From sequence record SRR31156797_1806: a DNA stretch of 54,573 bases; one strand, given 5' to 3'. Under the pieces are notes generated by a model. It saw only the letters and a list, made by a program, of their open reading frames with translations. It was not told the DNA's origin and made no database searches. The translations under genes were made by a program, and so were the position numbers. Below are positions 18,474 through 27,873 of the stretch, in pieces (the stretch's first letter is position 1; each line of letters begins with the position of its first letter).

Positions 18474-18482
18474 CCGATAGTA

Positions 18483-18505
18483 AAACGCCACTCATAGAGT
18501 GGCGT
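18483..18505. terminator. Hairpin between convergent genes
   Basis: ACGCCACTC-ata-GAGTGGCGT. Confidence 0.7.
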
Positions 18506-18526
18506 GAGAGTATGAACTGTGGCGTG

Positions 18527-19048
18527 TTACCACATTAAATCATCTGGAACGACGAAATCAGCGTACGGGTCATCTTCAGCTAGAACGTCTGCTTCTGGCT
18601 CTTTTTGGTCGATGATGGCTTTCTCATCACGCAATGCAATTTTGTTGGCAACACTGCTTGGGATCACCACATAGGTATCTTCGTAACGCGCTATCGCAAG
18701 AATACCTTTACTAAGCTGGTCGCGGATTAATGCAGTGACATAAAGCGATTTAACCAGAGTGCCATCGGTGAAGTTGTACTTGATATCACCATCGGCGATA
18801 TCAAGTTTGTTCATCTCAATCAATTGCTTGATTTGAGCACTGATCTCTTTGCTTAAACGCTGCTCGTTTTGCTGTAGGCTGAGTTCTTTATCACGTTCTT
18901 GCTGAGCACGTTTGTTTTCTTCTACCGCCGCTTTTACTTCACGAGCTTGTACTCGAGATTTTTTCGAGCCCTTTTTCGCCTTTTTTAATTTTTTTTCATT
19001 TACCAAGCCAGCTTTTAGCATCTGTTCTTGGAGTGTTAGCTTTGCCAT
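18527..19048 (-). CDS. DUF2058 (YaiL-like) family protein
   Basis: MAKLTLQEQMLKAGLV... ending DDPYADFVVPDDLMW. Confidence 0.92.
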   Translation of the reverse strand: MAKLTLQEQMLKAGLVNEKKLKKAKKGSKKSRVQAREVKAAVEENKRAQQERDKELSLQQNEQRLSKEISAQIKQLIEMNKLDIADGDIKYNFTDGTLVKSLYVTALIRDQLSKGILAIARYEDTYVVIPSSVANKIALRDEKAIIDQKEPEADVLAEDDPYADFVVPDDLMW

Positions 19049-19289
19049 GAATCTGTCCAATTTCTTAATTTTCTACCATTTTAACGGTACCCGTGGAGCA
19101 AATAAAGTAAAGCTTGTGTCGCAGGTAGTGATATCTGCTGTATTGATCATTGGGTTGTGGGTCGTTAGCCAATTATGTTTGCGGCTTTATTGGTAAAGTT
19201 GTGATATTTGTGCGTTGCGAGTCGTTAAGGCTGAGGCTATATTCGAATTTTGGCTCCTACCATTTTATTTTTTCCACCGGATCTGAGAT

Positions 19290-19790
19290 ATGGAATTAGA
19301 GTTATTAGAAGAGAAGCACTTCCCATCCCTGTTTGAGTTTGAGCAGAACAATCGAGAGTGGTTTGAACAGTTTGTTCCTCCACGTCCAGCAAGCTACGAC
19401 AGTTTTGCCAGTTTCAGAGACGTGACTAACCGTTTAGTTGAAGAACATGAAGAAGGTACTGGCTACTTCTACGTGGTGGTTCAGGACGGAGAAGTGATTG
19501 CGAGAGCAAACTTAATCGATGTTACCGAAGAAGAGTGTGAAGTCGGTTATCGCGTTTGTCAGCAATGGAGCGGTAAAGGGGTTGCGAGTTACGCCGTGAA
19601 TCAGCTGAGTGAGATTGCGCGAGATGAGTTTGATTTGAAGCTACTGACAGCGAAAGCCGCCGTGAACAATCCAGCCTCTATGCGAGTATTGGAAAAAGCA
19701 GGGTTTACTAAAGTTGGTCAGGAAAAAAATGCGGTTGTGTTAAATGGTAAAACCTTAACGCTCGGCTGCTATGAGCGAATACTGAGTTAA
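19290..19790 (+). CDS. GNAT (RimJ/RimL-like) acetyltransferase
   Basis: EVGYRV, SGKGVAS, NPASMRVLEKAGF. Confidence 0.9.
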   Translation: MELELLEEKHFPSLFEFEQNNREWFEQFVPPRPASYDSFASFRDVTNRLVEEHEEGTGYFYVVVQDGEVIARANLIDVTEEECEVGYRVCQQWSGKGVASYAVNQLSEIARDEFDLKLLTAKAAVNNPASMRVLEKAGFTKVGQEKNAVVLNGKTLTLGCYERILS

Positions 19791-19835
19791 GCGGCATCAT
19801 TATCATCGATAAGTATGCTTGGTTTTAACGTGCCG

Positions 19836-20522
19836 TTAAACGCTACTCAAAAGTACTTCGTCATAAGCATCAATGATGTATTGCACATCCTGAGTTTTTC
19901 CAACTTGGATACGTCTGTAATGTTCGAGGGTTGCTTTTAGATATCGTTTTACTATCCGTTGTTGATGTTCGGATTGTGATTGCCAAATCTGGCTGCCCAC
20001 TTGGTGAACTGAGTGATAGCCCGGCTGGGTGGTCACTAACATGATTTCATAAAATCGTTGGTTATCTTCTACCAGTACTTCGCATTTCATGTTGTAGCTA
20101 AGTTTTGTCAGCTTTTGACGTAAAGTAAACTGGTGATGCACAGGGCAAAGCAGAAAATCGAATTCAATAGTTGGAAATTTGTGGTGGATACTCTCAATAA
20201 ATCGCACCATTAAATCACCGCCGACTCCGGCAATAATGATCAGGTGCTTACCAGGGTACTGGTTTAAAGGCAGTGCCGTGATATCTAAACAGTGGGTATA
20301 CCAACTCGCAGGCGAGTTGGAGTAAAAACGCTGCAGGTTGGATTTAACCCGCTTGATTAATTCTGGAACAATATCAACAAAATGCACATTAGGCGCAGCC
20401 TGCCGTCTTAACAGTGCAGCACCAAGAAAACCATGATCGCAACAGCAGTCCCAGATGTGGTCGTACGCTTCGGTGACCGTCTCGTCAATTTTCTTTAATC
20501 GCTTGCTAAGCTTCAATTCCAA
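19836..20522 (-). CDS. TrmK-like tRNA (adenine-N1) SAM methyltransferase
   Basis: LSKRL, WDCCCDHGFLG, IIAGVGG. Confidence 0.8.
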   Translation of the reverse strand: MELKLSKRLKKIDETVTEAYDHIWDCCCDHGFLGAALLRRQAAPNVHFVDIVPELIKRVKSNLQRFYSNSPASWYTHCLDITALPLNQYPGKHLIIIAGVGGDLMVRFIESIHHKFPTIEFDFLLCPVHHQFTLRQKLTKLSYNMKCEVLVEDNQRFYEIMLVTTQPGYHSVHQVGSQIWQSQSEHQQRIVKRYLKATLEHYRRIQVGKTQDVQYIIDAYDEVLLSSV

Positions 20523-20595
20523 TTACCTACCAGAATATACAGTCGGCGCATTGTAATCGTTTTTCCTTGTTCAAGAAATACGTCATTTTTCAAAC

Positions 20596-20622
20596 AAAAA
20601 GGAGCCTAAAATAGGCTCCTTG
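20596..20622 (-). terminator. Terminator of SDR gene
   Basis: AAAAAGGAGCCTA-aaa-TAGGCTCCTT. Confidence 0.8.
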
Positions 20623-20642
20623 ATTAAATGGTTTAGTAAGCG

Positions 20643-21317
20643 TTATTCAAGTTCTACTGGCGGTCGGAATACCATTTCGTGCATCACCACGTCTTCTGGT
20701 AACTCAAGGATTTGATTAATGGTATAAGCGACACTTTTCGCGGCCATATACTGAGGTCGTTCCACTTCGCGGAAGTTAGTGTCGGTTCCGCCTGGGAAAA
20801 GTGACGTCACTTTTATGCCATGAGGCTGGGCTTCTTTCATCAGAATAGAGCTAAATCCGGCGAAGCCTTGTTTCATTGCTGTATAGACACTCATCGTTTC
20901 GTTGGCACGTTTTGCTACAGTACTGACTACGTTGATGATGTAACCTTTACCGAGCGGTTTCATGACCTTTAATGCTTCTCGACTCAGCAGAGCCGGCGCT
21001 CGCAAGTTAACGGCATATTGATGATCAAACTCTTCCAAAGAAAACTCTTCGATAGCACATTTTCTTGAGTTCATACCAGCGTTGTTAATAAGCACATCGA
21101 TACTACCTAGCGTATTATATGCAGCGTCAAACATATTGATTGTTTGAGTTGCACAGCTTAAGTCAGCTTGAATTGTGGTGCATTGAGTGAGTGAATTCAG
21201 CTCGCTCAGTTTTTCTGAATTACGCCCTGTTGCAACAATTTTGTGTCCCTTTTCTGCGAGTAATTTAGTGAGCTCAAAACCAATACCACTCGTCGCGCCA
21301 GTAATTAATATATTCAT
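20643..21317 (-). CDS. Short-chain dehydrogenase/reductase
   Basis: TGATSGIG, NNAG, YTAMK; probable start MNILITG at 21317. Confidence 0.93.
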   Translation of the reverse strand: MNILITGATSGIGFELTKLLAEKGHKIVATGRNSEKLSELNSLTQCTTIQADLSCATQTINMFDAAYNTLGSIDVLINNAGMNSRKCAIEEFSLEEFDHQYAVNLRAPALLSREALKVMKPLGKGYIINVVSTVAKRANETMSVYTAMKQGFAGFSSILMKEAQPHGIKVTSLFPGGTDTNFREVERPQYMAAKSVAYTINQILELPEDVVMHEMVFRPPVELE

Positions 21318-21460
21318 AACTTTCTGTTTTATAAAATGGTTGCCGATAAATAAAGTGTGGCAGTTTCGGTTTGTGCAGTAAAGAATCAATTGGTTATAAC
21401 CCGATGGGACTAAAGAGGAAGATCGAATAGAAAGTTATCTGAGTATGGTTGAGTTTTGGA

Positions 21461-21742
21461 TCATGAGAGAATACGATGATTGCAGGCTAGTGCTCTACGC
21501 ACGTTTTTGCACATTTTCCCAAAACGACGAATGTGATCAAAGTTAGGCTGGATACCTCTATTCAGTTGGTGTTGTCAGTAATTCAGCTCAGAATCGACCA
21601 TTTCCATTAACTTCTTAGGACAACCGATGCAGGTATTCTCAGTACCGCAAGTAAAAGTGTCCTCATTATAGAGTGGAAACAACTCAATTACTTCATCAAT
21701 GATTTGTTGTATGGCCGTTATTCTATCGGGCGTAACTGTCAC
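21461..21742 (-). pseudogene. Cys-rich small protein gene interrupted by one in-frame TGA (not in ORF track)
   Basis: AAGGA SD + GTG; MTVTPDRITAIQQIIDEVIELFPLYNEDTFTCGTENTCIGCPKKLMEMVDSELNY*QHQLNRGIQPNFDHIRRFGKMCKNVRRALACNHRILS; TGA at 21575-21577. Confidence 0.7.
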
Positions 21743-21841
21743 TTTGAGTCCTTAAAGTCGTAGTGAAATTGGAAAGTGATCATTACAGAACGTAGGGTCA
21801 TGGGTGAGCTTACTATTTGGCAAATGGTTAAGGAAGCAATT

Positions 21842-22537
21842 ATGAAAACAATCGGAATGATCGGTGGCATGTCTTGGGAATCAACCGTTAGTTACTACAA
21901 AGCGGTAAACGAAGGCGTAAAATCTGCGCTTGGAGGTCTTCATTCAGCCAAAGTCTGTTTATACAGTGTTAATTTCGAACAGATAGAAAAATTACAACGT
22001 CAAGGACGCTGGGATGAAGCGGGTGTCATTCTGGCAGAAGCCGCTCAGTCGGTGGAAGCTGGTGGTGCTGACTTTATTATGATTTGTACTAATACCATGC
22101 ATAAAGTTCTTCCTCAGGTTGAAGCTGCTATTGATATTCCTGTTCTCCATATTGCAGACGCCACGGCCAAGAAATTGGTTGAAGATGGGATCACGAAAGT
22201 GGGTCTACTTGGTACAGCGTTTACCATGGAGCAAGAATTTTATAAGCAGCGTATCATGGATAAGTTTTCCATCGACGTGATTGTTCCTAATGATGAAGAG
22301 CGCGAAGTCATTCATCGCGTCATTTACGATGAGCTGTGTCAGGGACAAATCCTTGCAGAATCGCGAGAGAAATATATCACCATCATTGATAACCTACGTC
22401 GTGATGGCGCGCAAGCAGTGATCTTAGGCTGTACCGAAATCGCGCTGTTAGTAGAACAGCAACACACTCAAGTCCCACTCTATGATACGACACAAATTCA
22501 CGCCGATCAGGCGGTGAAATTAGCCCTCGAGAAGTAA
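21842..22537 (+). CDS. Aspartate/glutamate racemase family (YgeA-type)
   Basis: MKTIGMIGGMSWEST, ICTNTMH, LGCTEI; start ATG 21842 with AAGGAAG SD. Confidence 0.93.
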   Translation: MKTIGMIGGMSWESTVSYYKAVNEGVKSALGGLHSAKVCLYSVNFEQIEKLQRQGRWDEAGVILAEAAQSVEAGGADFIMICTNTMHKVLPQVEAAIDIPVLHIADATAKKLVEDGITKVGLLGTAFTMEQEFYKQRIMDKFSIDVIVPNDEEREVIHRVIYDELCQGQILAESREKYITIIDNLRRDGAQAVILGCTEIALLVEQQHTQVPLYDTTQIHADQAVKLALEK

Positions 22538-22553
22538 CGAGATTAAAAGCAAT

Positions 22554-23597
22554 ATGTATAAAGGTTCTACACAGCGCAGTTTGCTGGTGATGGTGATTAT
22601 CGCTTTGGTCTCAGCAAGCTTCGGCTTATGGTCTTCAATACCTCTTGCTGAGTTGTTTTTGTCAGCCGCGGTTATTATCGTGCTTCGAAAGCACTTTAAT
22701 GTCCATGTGACCATTCCTAACTCCTTGTTAATGTTTATTCAGGTGATGTTAGGGATCAGTGTTGGCTCGACAATATCACTGGGTGAACTTTCTCAAACAT
22801 TAAACCCATTAATATTGATTGGTTTAGTGGTCTGTTTGATGTTGCAGACTGGATGTAGTTTTTGGTGGCTGCACTTCAGAGAGAAATGGAACCCGTTTGA
22901 GTCTCTGCTGGGGGCCGTTCCGGGAGCGATGGCCGCGATTTTAGTGATTAGCGAGTCGGGTGACAAACCTTCCCCCAAAGTTGTGTATGCCCATTCGGTG
23001 CGTCTAATTATCTTGATTGTGTTGGCTGGGTTTGTTTCCAATACTGCCGCTGACGTTGCGATTGAACATCTCACCTTGGATTGGCAACAGTGGGGGCTTT
23101 TATTTTCTGTCATCGCTGTAAGTATGATTTGCGGCAAACTCTCGATTCGCTTTGGGGTACCGGCTCCTTACATGATTGCTTCATTAGTGATTGCCGCATT
23201 TTGTAATAGTTACGTCACGGCTGTGGCGTTGTCTGTTCCAGTCTTTATTGTTGTTTTTGCCACCGCGTTGTTAGGAGCGTTGATTGGGGCGAGATTGGCA
23301 GAGACTACGCTTAGAGAAGCGGTTTCTTATTCTAGAGCTGGGGTGTTTGTCACCATTATTGGTTTGCTGGTTGCGATTATCACATCTTACATCGCTTCAC
23401 ATTTGCTTAGCTTGAGTTGGATTGTGGTACTGCTAGCCTGGGTGCCTGGAAGTGTAGAAGCAATGACAGCTGTGGCCCTGCTGTTAGGTTTAGAGCCTGC
23501 GTTTGTCATGGTCAACCATGCGATACGGTTGTTACTTCTCTATACCTTACCGGTGGTTTTGAAAAATCGATTAGAACAATTAAGAGCGCAACAATAG
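22554..23597 (+). CDS. AbrB-family duplicated membrane protein
   Basis: Two homologous halves each with PG motif (GAVPGAM / AWVPGSVEAM) and H..RL; about 10 TM segments. Confidence 0.85.
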   Translation: MYKGSTQRSLLVMVIIALVSASFGLWSSIPLAELFLSAAVIIVLRKHFNVHVTIPNSLLMFIQVMLGISVGSTISLGELSQTLNPLILIGLVVCLMLQTGCSFWWLHFREKWNPFESLLGAVPGAMAAILVISESGDKPSPKVVYAHSVRLIILIVLAGFVSNTAADVAIEHLTLDWQQWGLLFSVIAVSMICGKLSIRFGVPAPYMIASLVIAAFCNSYVTAVALSVPVFIVVFATALLGALIGARLAETTLREAVSYSRAGVFVTIIGLLVAIITSYIASHLLSLSWIVVLLAWVPGSVEAMTAVALLLGLEPAFVMVNHAIRLLLLYTLPVVLKNRLEQLRAQQ

Positions 23598-23616
23598 TTT
23601 ACCGTCACTGAATATT

Positions 23617-23643
23617 AAAAAAGCCCGCTAGAATTAGCGGGCT
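23617..23643 (-). terminator. Terminator between convergent genes
   Basis: AAAAAAGCCCGCTA-gaat-TAGCGGGCT. Confidence 0.8.
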
Positions 23644-23664
23644 GGAGCATGGTTGTCTCAACTT

Positions 23665-24102
23665 TTATTTTTCAAAGACTTCTTTGAAATCACGTTTAAG
23701 AATTGGATCGCGACGAGCTTTTTTAAGCTGTTTCGCCATATCCTTAACACAGTTGTAAAGAACTTGGTCAAGCAGTTGAGCTCGGTATTGTTCTTTGTCT
23801 TCTTCAGTCATATCTTTAGGAAGGTTCATGGTTGGGAACTCTTCCATGACGTTTACACCAGCGAAAGCTTGGCTAACTGAAATCAGCGCATGAAACTGCT
23901 CAAAATTATCTAGTATGTTTTGCGCGCTTGCAGGAAGTTCGTCCCACGCTTCGCGCACGGCTTCTTCTGATACTTCGTGGATAGAAGTGACCATCTGGTG
24001 CATTTCTTCTGGTACTTGGTCGAATTCCATTACTTTACGAAGTTCTGGAGAAATGGCTTCTAAGTCCACTACTGGCGTATCGTTTTGAGTTGCTTCAGGC
24101 AT
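23665..24102 (-). CDS. Conserved acidic protein, DUF3069-like
   Basis: AWDELPASAQNILDNFEQFHA...CVKDMAKQLKKARRD; family call from memory. Confidence 0.75.
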   Translation of the reverse strand: MPEATQNDTPVVDLEAISPELRKVMEFDQVPEEMHQMVTSIHEVSEEAVREAWDELPASAQNILDNFEQFHALISVSQAFAGVNVMEEFPTMNLPKDMTEEDKEQYRAQLLDQVLYNCVKDMAKQLKKARRDPILKRDFKEVFEK

Positions 24103-24348
24103 AAAAATTTCTCGATAAGAAAAACTGTAATGCTAGAAATTTATGGTGAAATGTCAAGGTGTCTAGGTCACGCCAAGGCACTTGTGCTTAAATAACCCGC
24201 TCATTTTTATGTAACGTACTGATTTATTGGGCCATATATTAATGAGTAATGTATGAGTTTTTTGTTATTAAGCGATGAAACGTTATGAAAGTTATGCTAT
24301 AGGTAACAATACTATTTCATAATTTACAGACCCAAAGGCAGGAATAGC

Positions 24349-25311
24349 ATGGGAGCAACCGGATCTTCAATGCGCATTCTATTGGTTGATGATGTTCAAC
24401 TAGACAGAATGCAACTTGCTATTCGTTTAAAGCAACTTGGTCACACGGTTGAGGCGGTATCCAGTGGCAGAGAGGCTTTAACACTGTATCAAGGGTTTGA
24501 CCCAGAACTTGTGTTACTTGATATCTCGATGCCTGATATGGACGGTTTTGAGTTAGTTCAGGAGATTCGCTCTCGTTATGGTGAAGAGTGGGTTCCAATT
24601 ATTTTCCTCAGCTCACATGATGAGCCGGCCATGATAGCTAAAGCGATTGATACTGGTGGTGATGACTATCTCATCAAGCCGGTGGATAAACTGGTATTGA
24701 GCTCCAAGTTGATCGCAATGCAGCGCATCGCGAACATGCGTCGTGAACTCAAGCGAACCAGTGCTAAGTTGGAAGAGCTAAATCGGGTACTTCAACATCA
24801 AGCCAATGAAGATGGTTTAACGCAAGTGTTTAACCGTCGTTTTATGGATGACAAGCTTAAAGAAATAATTTCTTGGCACGGGCGTCATGGTGGTGCATTT
24901 ACCGTGATTCTGTTCGATGTCGATCAGTTTAAAGCGTTTAACGACAACTACGGCCATATTGAGGGTGATTTGTGCTTATTCACCTTAGCGCAAGCCGCCA
25001 GTAAGCTGTTTTGCCGCAGTGGTGAGTATGTGGGTCGCTATGGGGGAGAAGAGTTTGTGGTGTTACTTTCCCACAATGAAGATTGTCAGGCCGCGGCAAA
25101 ACGCATTCAAAAGGCGATTGAGCAGATTAAGTACCCACATGCATTTAGCTCGGTTTCCGATCTAGTGACAGTGTCGCAGGGGGTACTCTCCATAGAACCC
25201 AATGGTCAAGAAACAGCAGCAGAAGTGTATCAAATGGTCGATGCTGCATTATACCGAGCCAAATCCGCAGGTCGTAATTGTTATGTCATTGAGGAAGTGA
25301 AACATACTTAA
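24349..25311 (+). CDS. Response-regulator diguanylate cyclase (REC-GGDEF)
   Basis: VDD, LLDISMPDMDG, KP; DGLT..NRR; RYGGEEF; I-site position reads RSGE. Confidence 0.95.
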   Translation: MGATGSSMRILLVDDVQLDRMQLAIRLKQLGHTVEAVSSGREALTLYQGFDPELVLLDISMPDMDGFELVQEIRSRYGEEWVPIIFLSSHDEPAMIAKAIDTGGDDYLIKPVDKLVLSSKLIAMQRIANMRRELKRTSAKLEELNRVLQHQANEDGLTQVFNRRFMDDKLKEIISWHGRHGGAFTVILFDVDQFKAFNDNYGHIEGDLCLFTLAQAASKLFCRSGEYVGRYGGEEFVVLLSHNEDCQAAAKRIQKAIEQIKYPHAFSSVSDLVTVSQGVLSIEPNGQETAAEVYQMVDAALYRAKSAGRNCYVIEEVKHT

Positions 25312-26143
25312 GTGTTTGTAACTTTAGTTTAATGCTGTCACGCAATGCTTTATGCGCTGGGTTTTTGATTTCGCGCTTATGGTAAACCAAATGAAAAGGC
25401 GCTTCGTTGATTTTGATTGGGCAGCTCAAAACTTGCAGCCCTAACGGCTCAGCCCATTTATTCGCGAACGAGTGCGGAATAAACGCCAAAGAATCACTGA
25501 CAGACACATGTAGCGCGAGTCCTGCCACTGAGCCACTAATGACATTGGTTTTTCTATCCTCAACCGGTTCTTGAGCAATTTGTTCAAAGCCTCTTAAACT
25601 CTCCCAAGTTGAAGAATTAAGAATATGGTGTTCTTGGTAGAACATTTCCTTAGTCAGCGTCCCTTGAATTCTTGGGTGGTTTTTTCGACAAATAACCACC
25701 ACGGGCTCTCTATGAACTTCCTCAATGACGAATGCGCTATCTTTAGTGAGGATGATGTCTAAGATCAGGTCGGCTTTCTGCTGGCGCAAATGTTCGAACA
25801 GGACATCTTTATCTTGCGGGGATTCTGTAAAAGTGATGTTTTCCATTGGTAGTAAGCCATGTAGAACGGCTTCGTTACAGTAAACATTAAAGTGCTCACG
25901 CATATGCATGGCATTTTCGATAATGTCGATCGCCTGACGGAAAAACGGGATAAGCTGATGGCCTCTAGTGGTTAACTCTATGCTGCGTCCGCTTTTTACA
26001 AACAGTTTTTGCCCATACTCTTTTTCCAGTCTTTTTATTGCTGTACTCACAGCAGGTTGAGTGAGATTCATCTGCTCAGCCGCCTTAGTGTAAGACAAGT
26101 TTTCTGCAACAACTAAAAATGTACGTACTAGATTAAGGTCCAT
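25286..26143 (-). CDS. LysR family regulator divergent from sulfatase operon
   Basis: DLNLVRTF..SYTKAAEQMNLTQPAVSTAIKRLE HTH. Confidence 0.95.
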   Translation of the reverse strand: MDLNLVRTFLVVAENLSYTKAAEQMNLTQPAVSTAIKRLEKEYGQKLFVKSGRSIELTTRGHQLIPFFRQAIDIIENAMHMREHFNVYCNEAVLHGLLPMENITFTESPQDKDVLFEHLRQQKADLILDIILTKDSAFVIEEVHREPVVVICRKNHPRIQGTLTKEMFYQEHHILNSSTWESLRGFEQIAQEPVEDRKTNVISGSVAGLALHVSVSDSLAFIPHSFANKWAEPLGLQVLSCPIKINEAPFHLVYHKREIKNPAHKALRDSIKLKLQTLKYVSLPQ

Positions 26144-26152
26144 AACGTTCTC

Positions 26153-26175
26153 ATGTATAAATTCTATTTATACAT
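26153..26175. promoter_or_regulatory. Probable LysR recognition site
   Basis: Perfect inverted repeat ATGTATAAA-ttcta-TTTATACAT 10 nt upstream of the LysR start. Confidence 0.65.
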
Positions 26176-26285
26176 AATAAAACAAAAGCTGGATTGTTTC
26201 CTAAGTGATTTCAGTTTAGTCTATCTTTGATATGTGCATGTTTGAATAGACATTTCACATCACTAACACGTCAAATGGAGTCATT

Positions 26286-27803
26286 ATGAGTACGGGTAAA
26301 CAAAATCGCTCACGCAAGCTAGTACTAAATGCATGTACACTTGCAATGGGAGCGGCGTCAGTTGCAGCTCACGCAGCAGACAAGCCAAACATTCTAGTTA
26401 TCTTCGGTGATGATATCGGTTACTGGAACTTAAGCACTTACAACCAAGGTATGTTGGGCTACACCACGCCAAATATCGACAGTATTGCAAAAGAAGGTGC
26501 TAAGTTTACTAACTTCTACGCTCAACAAAGCTCAACGGCGGGTCGTAGTGCGTTTATTACAGGTCAAATGCCGAAACGTACAGGCCTGACAAAAGTGGGT
26601 ATGCCTGGTGCTAAGGAAGGTCTTAATGAAAAAGATCCTACCATTGCAACTATGCTACGTGATCTTGGCTATGCAACGGGTCAATTCGGTAAAAACCACT
26701 TAGGTGACCGCGATGAGCACCTGCCTACCAATCACGGCTTTGACGAGTTCTTTGGTAACCTTTACCATTTGAACGCAGAAGAAGAGCCAGAAAATGTCGA
26801 TTACCCTCAAGACCCAGAATTTAAGAAAAAATTTGGACCTCGTGGTGTGATTCACTCTTATGCTGATGGCAAAATTGAAGACACCGGTGCTCTGACTCGT
26901 AAGCGTATGGAAAACGTTGATGGCGAGTTCCTTGAAGCGGCTGAAACCTTTATCGAGAAACAAGTTAAAGCTGATAAGCCATTCTTCACATGGTTCAACA
27001 CCACACGTATGCACAACTTTACTCACCTACCAGAAGAGTACAAAGGCGCAACAGGTGCGGGCTTCTATGCTGATGGTGTAAAACAGCACGACGACCAAAT
27101 TGGTCAATTGCTACAAAAAATCAAAGATCTGGGTGTGGATGACAACACTATCATCGTTTACACCACGGATAACGGCCCAATGATCAACTTGTGGCCTGAA
27201 GCGGGTATGTCACCATTCCGCAGTGAGAAAAATACGGGTTGGGAAGGCGGCTTCCGTGTTCCTATGATTGTTAAATGGCCAGGCCACATTGAAGCTGGTA
27301 AAACTCTTAACGGCATTACTTCTTTAGAAGACTTCTTCCCAACGTTAGTCGCTGCGGCAGGTAACGATAAAGTGAAAGATGAGCTTCTAAAAGGTAAGAA
27401 AGCAGACGGTAACTCGTATAAGGTTCACCTAGATGGTTACAACCAACTTCCTTACTGGACAGGTAAAGAAGAGAAGTCGGCTCGTAACGAGTTCTTCTAC
27501 TGGAGTGACGACGGCGACCTATTTGCTTTACGTCAGGGCAAAATGAAGTTCCACTTCAATATCCAAGAAAATGAAACTGGCTTGGCTATCTGGCAAAAAC
27601 CGTTGACTAAACTGCGTGTTCCTCAAATGTATGATTTAAGTATCGACCCATTTGAACGCGGTGACACAGGTATTGGTTATGGTCAGTGGATGTATGAGCG
27701 TTCGTTCCTAATGGCACCAGCTGCAGCTAAAGTAGCGGAAGTAATGGAAACGTTCAAAGAGTTCCCACCTCGTATGAAGTCTGGCTCTTTCGTTCCAGAA
27801 TAA
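26286..27803 (+). CDS. Secreted Ser-type arylsulfatase
   Basis: Signal peptide ending AHA; KPNILVIFGDD; active-site S-T-A-G-R (QQSSTAGRSAFITG); GKNHLG; TDNG. Confidence 0.95.
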   Translation: MSTGKQNRSRKLVLNACTLAMGAASVAAHAADKPNILVIFGDDIGYWNLSTYNQGMLGYTTPNIDSIAKEGAKFTNFYAQQSSTAGRSAFITGQMPKRTGLTKVGMPGAKEGLNEKDPTIATMLRDLGYATGQFGKNHLGDRDEHLPTNHGFDEFFGNLYHLNAEEEPENVDYPQDPEFKKKFGPRGVIHSYADGKIEDTGALTRKRMENVDGEFLEAAETFIEKQVKADKPFFTWFNTTRMHNFTHLPEEYKGATGAGFYADGVKQHDDQIGQLLQKIKDLGVDDNTIIVYTTDNGPMINLWPEAGMSPFRSEKNTGWEGGFRVPMIVKWPGHIEAGKTLNGITSLEDFFPTLVAAAGNDKVKDELLKGKKADGNSYKVHLDGYNQLPYWTGKEEKSARNEFFYWSDDGDLFALRQGKMKFHFNIQENETGLAIWQKPLTKLRVPQMYDLSIDPFERGDTGIGYGQWMYERSFLMAPAAAKVAEVMETFKEFPPRMKSGSFVPE

Positions 27804-27827
27804 GCATACTAACGGTGTAGAATAAAA

Positions 27828-27849
27828 ATGGCGCTCATATGAGCGCCAT
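27828..27849 (+). other. Intercistronic perfect palindrome
   Basis: ATGGCGCTCAT|ATGAGCGCCAT between sulfatase and maturase. Confidence 0.75.
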
Positions 27850-27873
27850 ATTATAAAAATAAAGGAAGTATCA

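Noticed and set aside
21620..21660. CTGAGA-ATACC on the minus strand resembling a TPP riboswitch
   Set aside because: Lacks the ACCTGAT/GGATAAT core; better explained as coding sequence of the interrupted gene
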